Positions 30,508 to 39,678 are shown, counted from the first letter of the stretch. The stretch: DNA of 64,000 bases from Candidatus Bathyarchaeota archaeon (GCA_003164295.1 PLTA01000012.1:6331-70330); one strand, 5' to 3'. Program-made: numbers and translations. The notes: generated by a model from the letters alone, not told the origin.

Positions 30508-31853
30508 GGTACCAGTTTATCCGCTGTTTGCGGAAGCTGTTTTTTTGTCGCTACCGGCAGTTTAGGTTTTTGTCTTGTCACTTGCTCAACAAGTCGCCAG
30601 AACTCATCCATAGTATAGCCTTTCAATAGGTCTTTCATGAGTTTTTTAACTTGATAATACGTCATTTGAGCTTCTCCTTTATCTAAGCTTTCTTGTGAAC
30701 CTTTGATACGTCTGAAAAGCTCATCCATTTGTCTTGGTGAAGCTCTGATACCTGCTTTCTCCAAAAGCTTCTGAATAAGTGTCTGACCTGTGTTTCTGCC
30801 TATGAAAATCATTGTTTCTCTCCCAACGATTTCAGGTGGGAAGGGCTCAAAAAGCAATGGTTGCGCCATCATCTCCTCTACTTCTTCTTCAACTTCATGA
30901 GTGAAAATGTTCTCACCAATAATTGGCTTGTGGAATTGGATAGGTAGAGCGAACGCTTTTTCGGCTGATTGAGCGAGACGATAGATTTTTCCCATATCTA
31001 TTCCAGTATCGATATTATAGAGCAGCTCTGTTGCGGTTACAACTTCTTCAAAGGGAGCTATTCCTGCACGTTCACCAAAACCCGCAATGCAAGTATGTAG
31101 ATATTGAACCCCTTCTTCCATGGCCGCCAGAGTGTTTGCTGAGCCTAAACCGAAATCGTTGTGACAATGGATTGAAAGTGGCACTTTCTTTCTTATAGCA
31201 TCAGGCAAACCATCACGGATATGCGACATTAAGTAACGCATGGATAATGGTCTCATGAACCCGACAGAATCAGCTATGGCTAACCGGGTTGCACCAGCTT
31301 CAGCGGCAGCTTCAAAAACTTCAAGAATATCTTCCAGTGGGGTTCTGGTTCCATCCATAAGAACAAAATTAATTGTTGCCCCATGTTTTTTTGCGTAGTC
31401 TATGTTTTCAACTATTTTTTGCAACGCTTGTTCTTTTGTCATTTTTAGTTTATATTGAAGATTTAAACCGTTAATTGGAGATTCAATTGTTATTTCTTTA
31501 ACGCCGCATTCTAAGCAGGCGTTTACACTGTTTTTGGTTGCTTCAGCTGACGCTGTAAGCTTTGCATTGATAAAAGTTTCATTAATAATACGTTTAACGT
31601 TACGTTTTTCGTCTTCGGAAATAGCTGGAAAACCAACGTTGATAATGGCCACTCCAGCTTCATCCATGAATTTTGCCAATCTTACTTGCTCAACATAAGT
31701 TAGGTAAACTGTTGGCGCCTTGATGCCTTCCCTAAAAGTTTCATCCCAAATAAAAACGCGGTCAGGAAGTTTAGGTGGTAAATTCTTTCGTAAGCGATTA
31801 TAATTTGCCATCAGCCCTTGGGCTTCTAACTTTTTAAATATAGTCTTTCTCAT
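30504..31853 (-). CDS. LeuA/homocitrate synthase (DRE-TIM) family protein, degenerate motifs
   Basis: DETFREG, ADSVG, HCHNDFGLG.AN, GFGERAG; convergent 4-bp overlap with LipS2-like gene; ATG 31853 preferred. Confidence 0.8.
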   Translation of the reverse strand: MRKTIFKKLEAQGLMANYNRLRKNLPPKLPDRVFIWDETFREGIKAPTVYLTYVEQVRLAKFMDEAGVAIINVGFPAISEDEKRNVKRIINETFINAKLTASAEATKNSVNACLECGVKEITIESPINGLNLQYKLKMTKEQALQKIVENIDYAKKHGATINFVLMDGTRTPLEDILEVFEAAAEAGATRLAIADSVGFMRPLSMRYLMSHIRDGLPDAIRKKVPLSIHCHNDFGLGSANTLAAMEEGVQYLHTCIAGFGERAGIAPFEEVVTATELLYNIDTGIDMGKIYRLAQSAEKAFALPIQFHKPIIGENIFTHEVEEEVEEMMAQPLLFEPFPPEIVGRETMIFIGRNTGQTLIQKLLEKAGIRASPRQMDELFRRIKGSQESLDKGEAQMTYYQVKKLMKDLLKGYTMDEFWRLVEQVTRQKPKLPVATKKQLPQTADKLVP

Positions 31854-32050
31854 CGAGACACAATCCAACAAATGGACACAATATAATATGTTTAAGTTAC
31901 AGATTCCAATATAAAACTGCATCGTAAAGTCAAGGATACGAAACTGCTTTCTTGAATAATTGATGAACAAAAAGTTTTCTTGGTAAGTATTCAAAATGCA
32001 AAAGTCTTAAGCAAAAAGAGAAATACATTACCTAACAAGGGGAGCAAAAA

Positions 32051-32268
32051 ATGAGTAGCCTGCAAAGACAATTGAAAAAATAAAAAGTTTAGAAGCAGAA
32101 AAGAAAAATCTAACTCTTGAAATAGATGATCTTAGAAAAATGGCTGATGCAAAGGCTGCTGCATTAGAGCGCGATGTTAATGCTCTTAGAGATGAAATTA
32201 AATCTCTTAAAACCCTGATGGGACCCATGCCCGAACCGCCTAATACAAACCAGCTTAAAGTCAGTTAA
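32051..32268 (+). pseudogene. Small coiled-coil protein with single-base frameshift
   Basis: GGAG SD + ATG 32051 MSSLQ; adding one A at 32064-66 gives KTIEKIKSLEAEKKNLTLEIDDLRKMADAKAAALERDVNALRDEIKSLK...VS*. Confidence 0.6.
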
Positions 32269-32295
32269 CCGCTCTTTGATTAATTCGTCAATTGA

Positions 32296-33153
32296 TTAAC
32301 GGTTCTGAGGCGCTACAGGAGTTCTTTGAACATAAGCATTTATAGCATTGGCCAAAGCTTTTGTTGCTTCTTGACGCGGATTTGTAGACAGGTCTGTTTC
32401 AAGTTTTTCAAGTTCTTTATGTAAACTATCTGATTTTTCAATTAACTGTTGCTTTCTTTTCTCGTAGTCATCATGCATTTTTTCTTGTTCCGCTGTGAAG
32501 CTTTCAAGTGTCACTTGTAATTCGTTCTTTGTTGATTTTAACTCTTGTTGCGTTTGTAAAAGTTGTTCGGTAGCTTTGCGTTTTGCCCTTAGCTGGAAAA
32601 AGCCAAATTTGATTTCTCGTTGAGTGGCTTCGGTTTCTTCTAATTCACGAATGTTAGTGCTTAAACGTTGAACGTCTGCATTTCGTTTGAAGCTGCGTTC
32701 TCTTGTTTTTTCAGCATACTCCTTATCGATTTCTACTATAAGATGGTTAATTTCGGCCAATTGTTTGGCTTCTTCTGAGATGTTTGATTCTTGAAGTCTT
32801 TTTTCCGCTAAGATACCTTCAACATCAAGAAAAATCTGGGAGCGCTCTTTAACAAATTGCTCATCAACTTGTATGGTTGGGTTAGATTCAAATTCGGAAA
32901 CAACCTGATTTAAAGACACAAGCCAATCATCAAAATATTGACTAAAGGGTGAAAGCGCAAAGATTTGAGTGCCGAGCTTACTTAATGTAATGAGAGTTTT
33001 TTCTACGACTTCTTTTGCAGAAATCTCAGCTGTTTCTTCTACGTATTTACCGCCGGAACGCTGCTTTTTTTCTTTTGCTTTCTTTTCATGTGTTGACTTT
33101 GAAAATTGTTTAGCGGCATTTCGTCGTGAACCGGTTTGAGGTCTAAAGCTCAT
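32296..33153 (-). CDS. Hypothetical coiled-coil protein
   Basis: E/K/Q-rich heptads; ATG 33153 (MSFRPQ). Confidence 0.7.
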   Translation of the reverse strand: MSFRPQTGSRRNAAKQFSKSTHEKKAKEKKQRSGGKYVEETAEISAKEVVEKTLITLSKLGTQIFALSPFSQYFDDWLVSLNQVVSEFESNPTIQVDEQFVKERSQIFLDVEGILAEKRLQESNISEEAKQLAEINHLIVEIDKEYAEKTRERSFKRNADVQRLSTNIRELEETEATQREIKFGFFQLRAKRKATEQLLQTQQELKSTKNELQVTLESFTAEQEKMHDDYEKRKQQLIEKSDSLHKELEKLETDLSTNPRQEATKALANAINAYVQRTPVAPQNR

Positions 33154-33232
33154 AATCAACCAGTGTCCTAAAGAAATATTTAAACAATGCACCTATCACC
33201 TAATCAAGGCTCGAGATAATGTGCGTGAAGTT

Positions 33233-34219
33233 TTATCGTTCCCGTTTTGAAGTTGTTTTTCGGGAAACGACTACTTCGGTTTTTGTTGTCTGAGGCTTAC
33301 GTTTCCTCACTACTACGATAACGCCTATGACTGCTATGATGGCTATAACAGCGATTACTGCGATCATTGTTGTGTTTAAAGGATTAGCAGAATTGTTTGT
33401 TACGGGATTGGAAGCGGATTGAGAATTTGTTGGTGAGCCGCTGCTAGGAGCTGGTGAACTTCCACTTGCTTGATATGGAGTCACTACAGGTGCAGCACCT
33501 TGAAGAATTGGAAATTCAGTTTGAACAAGTAATGAATAGCTGGTAATTTTTAGGCTTGTTGGTACTTCGGACTGGTTTAAGTCTAATGCATAAACTTGGA
33601 ACGGAATAAGTCCAGATGGAGCCAGATCAGCGGGCGTTAGATAATCTGTGTAACCTACCCCAACTACTGAACCTGTAGAATTGTAAAAGGCTGCAACTAC
33701 CGTGAGGTTTGTAGCAGTTTGAGTTCCCGTATTTTTAATCTCACCACTAACTGAGTAGGCACCATTATAATCTCCAGTTGTTCCGATTGACGGCGTGGAA
33801 CTTGTGATTGTTAAATCTGGATATTGATAGCTACTTGTTGCATTGGCTTGCGCGATGCTCAATTGTATGGACCCAATATCATCTTGTGTCCATGGGTCAC
33901 CATTTGAAAGTTGAAACTCCATAATAAAGGGCGCTTCCTGCTGTGGAACAAGATATGCAACCCACGCTCTGGTACCAGAATCGCTTACGTCAGCTCCTGA
34001 TGGATCCAAAATGGTACCTTGAATGTAAACGGAGTCAATGGTGTTCTGACCAACATTTTGAACTTTACCCACTACATCAAGAAAACCATCGGGGTTGAAA
34101 TAGTAAGAATAATTTGTAACTTTGACGTCTTCAGGTTGACTGAATGTACGTGGAATTGATGATATTGCTAATGAAACAAAAAGTACCATAATCAAGAGGT
34201 ACACTGTTTTTTTTCCCAT
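33233..34219 (-). CDS. Cell-surface protein with two FxLYD-type Ig-like domains and C-terminal TM
   Basis: Signal peptide; VVGKVQNVG and VSGEIKNTG...AFYN repeats; Ser/Pro linker; TM plus RKRK. Confidence 0.75.
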   Translation of the reverse strand: MGKKTVYLLIMVLFVSLAISSIPRTFSQPEDVKVTNYSYYFNPDGFLDVVGKVQNVGQNTIDSVYIQGTILDPSGADVSDSGTRAWVAYLVPQQEAPFIMEFQLSNGDPWTQDDIGSIQLSIAQANATSSYQYPDLTITSSTPSIGTTGDYNGAYSVSGEIKNTGTQTATNLTVVAAFYNSTGSVVGVGYTDYLTPADLAPSGLIPFQVYALDLNQSEVPTSLKITSYSLLVQTEFPILQGAAPVVTPYQASGSSPAPSSGSPTNSQSASNPVTNNSANPLNTTMIAVIAVIAIIAVIGVIVVVRKRKPQTTKTEVVVSRKTTSKRER

Positions 34220-34268
34220 TTACCCTTCCCTCATCTGTGCAATTCTTTACATGCACCTTCGTACTATA

Positions 34269-34328
34269 AAACAGTTTTTCAAAATTGAGCCTCAAATAGA
34301 AAATTTTGGTTCAAACAGTTTTTCAAAA
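34269..34328. repeat. 16-bp direct repeat AAACAGTTTTTCAAAA x2 in divergent promoter region
   Basis: Copies at 34269-34284 and 34313-34328. Confidence 0.6.
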
Positions 34329-34467
34329 AAAGATTAGTCTACTGGAAGTAATCGATAAAGAATCAGCCAACTTAGCACAAAAACTATTTTCTTAACTTCT
34401 TATGACCACAGAAGAAGGATAATTCTTAAATGTAAAACGTTTTCATATCTTTTACTTACGGAATAAG

Positions 34468-34947
34468 ATGATTGAAAAGTTACACCCCTATGTAGTATTT
34501 CTTCCAACCGAAAAAAAAGATAAGATTCTAAGCGCCATCTTCGGCTCCAAAGCAGGCGTCGACCTACTAAGATTCTCACTCAAACAAGGCATATCAAAAA
34601 ACATATACCAAAAAGAACTCGTAAAACAACTAAATTACTCAAACAAAACAATTATAGAAAACCTAAAAACTCTAACCAAACTCGGCGTACTAAACGAAAG
34701 TATGGAAAAAGACGAGAAAGAAGGAAGAATCATATGGGTAAAAACCTATCAACTGACAAACCTTGGCAAATGGTTCGCGCTGTTAATGGCTGAAGAAAAA
34801 GAACTTTCCGAACAAGAAAAAGCCGAAATTCTCCAAAGCCTATTCCGAACTTACGTTAAACAGGTAAAACGTTTAGCCGAAGAAATTGGTATAAACAAGA
34901 AAATGCTTGAGGAAACTTTTAGGGAAGAAATGAAAAGCCCCCCATAG
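34468..34947 (+). CDS. Winged helix-turn-helix transcriptional regulator
   Basis: YQKELVKQLNYSNKTIIENLKTLTKLGVL...YQLTNLGK. Confidence 0.75.
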   Translation: MIEKLHPYVVFLPTEKKDKILSAIFGSKAGVDLLRFSLKQGISKNIYQKELVKQLNYSNKTIIENLKTLTKLGVLNESMEKDEKEGRIIWVKTYQLTNLGKWFALLMAEEKELSEQEKAEILQSLFRTYVKQVKRLAEEIGINKKMLEETFREEMKSPP

Positions 34948-34988
34948 CTATTTTTTAAATGAATTTCTCAATATTAAAAGTTAAAAAA

Positions 34989-35408
34989 TTAGACGACTCG
35001 CATTCTGTTGTTTTTGGGATTATGTTCAACTTCGGCCAAACCTAAAACCTCCATGATCGGCGGTATATAATTTGCAAATCGCCCACGCAACCCCTTTTTT
35101 ATGCCGTACCATCCGGCAACTGGGTTTTTTGGTGATCTGCCCCAAGCTTCAACGGTTCCTTCTATGGCTGGTTTCTGCTCGTCTGCACTGCCAAGGGGCA
35201 TCCAGTCTCCTTTTTCTTTTAGCATTTTATGTAAATCATCCAAGGCGCGGAGTTGATATTTTAGTTCTGTTTTACCTACCCAAACTACGATTGCGGGCGC
35301 GTCAGCGGTTGGGTCCTGATATGCTTTAAACTCAGAGGTGCCAGGAGGCGTTTTTAGAATCCACGGATCGTCTTTTGTTCCTTTTTGTTTAATTGGCAAA
35401 AATTTCAC
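34989..35408 (-). CDS. Conserved hypothetical protein (DUF6855-like)
   Basis: GTKDDPWILKTPPG, LGSADEQK, WGRS..NPV.GWYG.KKGLRGRF, EHNPKNNRMR. Confidence 0.7.
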   Translation of the reverse strand: MKFLPIKQKGTKDDPWILKTPPGTSEFKAYQDPTADAPAIVVWVGKTELKYQLRALDDLHKMLKEKGDWMPLGSADEQKPAIEGTVEAWGRSPKNPVAGWYGIKKGLRGRFANYIPPIMEVLGLAEVEHNPKNNRMRVV

Positions 35409-35628
35409 CTAATAAGGGTTTGAATTAAGTCAATTTTAACATTTCGGTAAGTTTAACCTCATCATTTCTGTATTTAACAAAAAATAACATACAATGTACG
35501 TATACAACTGTTTGTTTTTTGATAATGTCCAGCCCAAGAACTTTTCCAGTTGTGACATAGACATCTGCAAAATCTATTCACAAAGGAGTTTGATGAAGTT
35601 TTAAATGGATGCTCGTCCCATCAGTATT

Positions 35629-35878
35629 ATGGGAAAAATGGAGCAAGTTAATGTCAAAGTTGACTCCAAAGGCAGAATTTGCATTCCACCAGAAATAAGA
35701 GAAGAAATAGGAGACACCGTCACCATAAAAAAACCAGCACGGATATCTCCTGCTACCAGGAAAACAAAAAGACTTTCTAGAAGAATTCAAGAAATTAATA
35801 ACTTCAGAGCCACGCAGAACTGGCAAACCTGAGTGCTGGCCTCCTGAGAAAATGAAGGAAATCTGGAAAAGCGCCTAA
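35629..35878 (+). pseudogene. vapB: AbrB/MazE-type antitoxin, frameshifted at A7 run
   Basis: VKVDSKGRICIPPEIRE AbrB motif; frame change at 35727-35733 restores GYLLLPGK...PEKMKEIWKSA* ending at TAA abutting the toxin ATG. Confidence 0.75.
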
Positions 35879-36316
35879 ATGATTGCTGGCCTAGACACAA
35901 ACATTCTATGTTATACGCTAGATAAAGCGTACCCTGAAAACGAAATTCTCGGCGGTTTACTTTTGAATCTATCCCAGGAAAGTAAGCTCGCCTTAAACCC
36001 AACCGTTCTCCATGAGACATATCATACACTTGTTTTTGGGCAAAAATGCTCTTCAGAAGAAGCAGCAATACGCCTTGATGCCTTATTGAGTCATACTTTT
36101 ATTGATTTCTTTAACCAAACAAAAAAAACAAGCCACGTTGCCCTTAACTTATCAATAAAGCATGTGCTCGGGGGAAGAGATGCCCTTATAGTAACCAGCT
36201 ACATAGTAAATAAAATACCCGTCAGTTACACGCATGACAAAGAACTACTAAAAATACAAAAAATAATCTGGAAAAACACTGACCCAATCTTCAAAGACCC
36301 CCTGACCCAAATATAA
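35879..36316 (+). CDS. vapC: PIN-domain ribonuclease toxin
   Basis: LDTNIL, VLHE, RDALI, THDKEL acidic PIN residues. Confidence 0.85.
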   Translation: MIAGLDTNILCYTLDKAYPENEILGGLLLNLSQESKLALNPTVLHETYHTLVFGQKCSSEEAAIRLDALLSHTFIDFFNQTKKTSHVALNLSIKHVLGGRDALIVTSYIVNKIPVSYTHDKELLKIQKIIWKNTDPIFKDPLTQI

Positions 36317-36327
36317 ATCCAGCAAAT

Positions 36328-36334
36328 AAAAAAA
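36328..36334 (-). terminator. Oligo-U terminator of putative ncRNA
   Basis: T7 on minus strand directly after the 3' CCCC of the closing stem. Confidence 0.5.
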
Positions 36335-36466
36335 GGGGTAAGTATATTTGGTGAGCCAAAGCACGTCTTAGCTTAGACGCGTAAGGGTCTTAAATTTGGG
36401 CTAAGTAGCCACCGTGTCGTGCCAAAGTTGACTCAACCAAAGGTTTTCTTTAAGGATATACTCCCC
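36335..36466 (-). ncRNA. Putative ~132-nt structured non-coding RNA, family unknown
   Basis: 5' and 3' ends pair in a bulged rod; non-Watson-Crick pairs are G-U on the minus strand; TTTAT box at -25 to -29; U7 tail. Confidence 0.6.
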
Positions 36467-36486
36467 GTTTTACTCTACATATTTCT

Positions 36487-36504
36487 GGGGATAAAGGGTT
36501 TTTT
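36487..36504 (-). promoter_or_regulatory. BRE/TATA promoter for putative ncRNA
   Basis: Minus strand AAAAAACCCTTTATCCCC; TTTAT at 36495-36491, 25-29 nt from G36466. Confidence 0.5.
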
Positions 36505-36806
36505 GACGGTTTTTTTGTACTTCGATGTTTAAAGAAATTTAGGGCACAAAAAATAAGGGTTAATTAGAAAAGAGGAGCTAACTTGCCATTGCGGTTTTAC
36601 ACTTTAGCTGAGGGTATTGCAGAAACAGGATGTGATATTTAGGCTGGCTACTGAAAATGGAGGAGGTTTATGAAGCGTTTTGGTTTCCTTTTTTCAATAT
36701 TTTTCGTATGTTCATCGAATTGCTTAACTTTTGCTGAAAATGCTGTCCACAAACAATTCGGGTTGATTCATAATTTCTCGAAGGTAGGGATCAGTTAAAA
36801 TTGCCG

Positions 36807-36959
36807 TCAAAACTTATCGTTGGAAACATTATTTTTCTCCTTGGCAATCAAATATTCAATATATTCGCTCATTTTGCAATTAGTTTCTTTGGCCTTTTTT
36901 TTAATGTCTTCATGTACTTTTTCGTTGATTGTGATGCATTTGTTACCTTTTCTAGGCAA
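36807..36959 (-). CDS. 50-aa ribbon-helix-helix (CopG/Arc-like) protein
   Basis: Not in ORF track. TTG start, AGGT upstream; MPRKGNKCITINEKVHEDIKKKAKETNCKMSEYIEYLIAKE..., beta-strand then two helices. Confidence 0.6.
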   Translation of the reverse strand: MPRKGNKCITINEKVHEDIKKKAKETNCKMSEYIEYLIAKEKNNVSNDKF

Positions 36960-37135
36960 AAAACTAACCTTCTTTCAATAATAAATAATATCCATAAATA
37001 TAATTGACATGATGTAACGAATGTTCGTGCATATGGTAACTCCTATCGTAATATTTTGCTGTTGTAGTTTAATGAAAATTTTTCTGAAACCTTAAATTTA
37101 CACACGGTGGTATTATCCGATATTGAGGAAATAGC

Positions 37136-37317
37136 ACGCCAAAAAAAGGCTACAAAAGCATCACTGTCAAAGCAGAGGTATACGATTACTTCTTTAAGAA
37201 TGGCTCAAGGTCAAAGAAGAATACGCCATTAAGAAAGGAGTCAGAAGCTTCTCAGCCTTTGTTACCTACCGTTTAGCGCAAATCGAAAGAAGAAACCGAA
37301 AACGACAACCCAAGTAA
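37136..37317 (+). pseudogene. RHH-like small protein pseudogene (ACG start, one frameshift)
   Basis: GAGG upstream; (M)PKKGYKSITVKAEVYDYFF / EWLKVKEEYAIKKGVRSFSAFVTYRLAQ...*; frame break near 37196. Confidence 0.55.
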
Positions 37318-37550
37318 ACTCACCTAAAATGATAGAGCATTTTTTTCGCAATTAATTAATCAAAATGACTTATTTTTAAGCGATAAAAAAAGAAAAACAA
37401 GATTTAAAATACAGAAAAGATGGGTTGGTTTTGGGTTGTGGGGCTTGGAGATATTTGAGGGGGAGAAGGGAGAGCGTGCTAAAAATTAATTGTCTCTCCA
37501 AACCTTTCCACCCAACCCAGATTTCTGGTTTTGTTTTTTGCCCTCCATGA

Positions 37551-38726
37551 TTATAAGGCTTTGAAAGCCTCAAACCACCTGCTATATGCCGAAAGCATGT
37601 CTAAGGAAACACTTGGTTTGCGGTCTTCAAGGATTTGCCGGAAGTCATCCATGGTTAGCAATCGTGGTTTTGCTTCTTTATCCATTGCTTTGCCTGATTC
37701 GAAGAATTCTCCAATGAGCTTTAGCTGTGCGGATTGGCAAACATCGCGTATGTCGCTTCCTGAAAAGCCCTCTGCAAGCCGTGCTAACTCGTGTAGGTCT
37801 ACATCTGAATCTATGGCTAGAGTGCTTGAGTAGAGTTTTAGCATGCTTAAACGAGTTGCGTGATCTGCCAACGGAACAAGAATTCTTTTTTGGAAACGTC
37901 TGATAAATGCCCAGTCAAGGTCCCAAGGTTTGTTTGTTGCGCCTATGACATAAACGTGAAGGTTTTTTCCTTTGTCGACGATGCCATCCATTTCTTTTAG
38001 GAATTGGTTTCTAACACGGATTTCTCCGCCGACCTCGTTGGTGTGTGCTCCCATCAAAGAGTCCAATTCGTCAACGAAAACAATGGCTGGTTTACCTTCG
38101 ATGGCTGATTTGCGTGCTGTTCCAAACAATTTTGAAACGTTCTGTTCAGCCTCTCCTAGCCACTTAGACATGATGGAAGCTGCATCGATTGAATAGAAAT
38201 TAGCGTCGATTTCAGTTGCAACTGCAGCGGCCAGCAATGTTTTGCCGCAGCCAGGTGGACCAAACAACAAGATGCCGCGTGGCCAACCCAACGGGAACAA
38301 GTCGGGTCTTTGGACAGGGTAAACTATGGCTTCTTTTACAGCTTTTTTAGCCGTGTCTAAGCCAACAACTTCGCCCCAGCTGATGTTAGGTTTTTCTGTA
38401 ACTACGAGTTCCTCACTTTTTCCGTTTCCGTTGCCTTCCATGGTTGCTCCTCCTCCACCTTCATTATCGTTATGAGCAGCTTCATTCATTTCGTTTGACG
38501 AAACTGCGCCTTGCAATGCTTTGATTCGTTCTTGGTAAGCGATGGCTCTTTGAACGTAAACTTTGTTCAAACCGTATTCAGGGTAAAGCTGCACAAGTTG
38601 CAGTAAGCTTTCAATTGCTTTTTGATAGAGGGTTATAGCTCTGCCTTTTTGCCCTTGTTTATCTAAGCGTACAGCGTCTAGGGCATAAGCTGTCGCTGCT
38701 TTTTCAAGTTCGTTCGATGCACTCAT
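37551..38726 (-). CDS. cdvC: Vps4-like AAA+ ATPase with MIT domain
   Basis: N-terminal MIT three-helix, GPPGCGKT, SKWLGEAE, FVDELD, ATNKPWDLD, RRFQKRI. Confidence 0.93.
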   Translation of the reverse strand: MSASNELEKAATAYALDAVRLDKQGQKGRAITLYQKAIESLLQLVQLYPEYGLNKVYVQRAIAYQERIKALQGAVSSNEMNEAAHNDNEGGGGATMEGNGNGKSEELVVTEKPNISWGEVVGLDTAKKAVKEAIVYPVQRPDLFPLGWPRGILLFGPPGCGKTLLAAAVATEIDANFYSIDAASIMSKWLGEAEQNVSKLFGTARKSAIEGKPAIVFVDELDSLMGAHTNEVGGEIRVRNQFLKEMDGIVDKGKNLHVYVIGATNKPWDLDWAFIRRFQKRILVPLADHATRLSMLKLYSSTLAIDSDVDLHELARLAEGFSGSDIRDVCQSAQLKLIGEFFESGKAMDKEAKPRLLTMDDFRQILEDRKPSVSLDMLSAYSRWFEAFKAL

Positions 38727-38750
38727 TTTTGTCTCTCCTTCGCCTTTCTC

Positions 38751-39641
38751 CTATTCAGGTGACTTTAACTCAATTTTGATTTTACCCTTAGTCCCTAGGC
38801 TTTCAAGGGCACGCTCAATTTCTTCATTAGATGTCTGAAGCTCGCTGGAGCAACGACTTAAATCGATTTCACCATTTGTTTTACGAACATATTCCAAAAG
38901 CACATCTTCTAAACATGGCTTTTGAACCTTAAGCGAGAACTCTTTAATTTCCGATTTCTTGTAGGAGAAAACGGAGCTTGAGGGGTCAAACCCAGTTTCT
39001 TCGGTAGTTTTACGCCCAATAAACTGGGAACTGCTAGCAGTTAAAGCAACAAGCTCTTTGATTGGTGTTTTCTCTTTTACCGGAGCACCAAGAGGTGGCT
39101 CGGGAAGAGTTTCAGTTAACTTCTGCTGCATGAAACAAGTGACTTCTTTAAGGATTTCTTCGCCGCCCTCAGTTTTCTTGCCGACTGGAATTATTTCTTC
39201 ATCGGTCGAAATCTTTGTGGCGTGCAATGTTTCTTGGATTGTTGAGTTAACGTTATTTAGTTCTGAGCTAACGTCAGGTAAGACTTGGAATAGCTCTTGG
39301 GAAACTCCTGAAAGCAGCTTCAATGCTGGCTTCAGGTCAGCGACAATATCGCCTAACTCTTTAATGGTCTCCAATCTCAGAACTACACGTTCAATTGCTA
39401 ATTGAACATTGTAGAGAAATTTTACAAGTTTTCGAACTTCTGCAAGTTCCGTGGCGCAAATCGCTGCTTTTTCACGGTTATTCTTTTTTAATGCGCCCAT
39501 GCAAGTTTCAAAAAGTATGCGATCTCTTTCTCTTAAACGAAAACTTGCTTGTTCTAATTTGTTTTGTTGAATTTTAAGTGTCATAATTGATTTGTTGGCG
39601 ACTTCACGGATAGGGGGAGGGGTTGGGTTACTAAATTTCAT
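38751..39641 (-). CDS. cdvB: ESCRT-III/Snf7 protein with C-terminal winged helix
   Basis: Snf7 core (A.ICATELAEVRK...LAIERVVLRLET), LPEPP MIM2-like, C-terminal wH (LLEYVRKTNGEID...LESLGTKGKIKI). Confidence 0.85.
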   Translation of the reverse strand: MKFSNPTPPPIREVANKSIMTLKIQQNKLEQASFRLRERDRILFETCMGALKKNNREKAAICATELAEVRKLVKFLYNVQLAIERVVLRLETIKELGDIVADLKPALKLLSGVSQELFQVLPDVSSELNNVNSTIQETLHATKISTDEEIIPVGKKTEGGEEILKEVTCFMQQKLTETLPEPPLGAPVKEKTPIKELVALTASSSQFIGRKTTEETGFDPSSSVFSYKKSEIKEFSLKVQKPCLEDVLLEYVRKTNGEIDLSRCSSELQTSNEEIERALESLGTKGKIKIELKSPE

Positions 39642-39678
39642 TCCTTATCCCTCCAAGTGTATCCGCTTTTTTCGTTGA

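Noticed and set aside
36391-36441. Short TTG-initiated ORF (MVESTLARHGGYLAQI) inside the structured RNA
   Set aside because: No well-placed SD and the start is buried in the stem; pairing pattern is better explained by RNA structure
36801-37007. Plus-strand 68-aa Phe-rich ORF
   Set aside because: Shadow of the minus-strand RHH gene 36807..36959
37420-37522. Imperfect G-rich/C-rich inverted repeat downstream of cdvC
   Set aside because: Low-complexity pairing with many mismatches and no promoter; at most a 3' UTR hairpin
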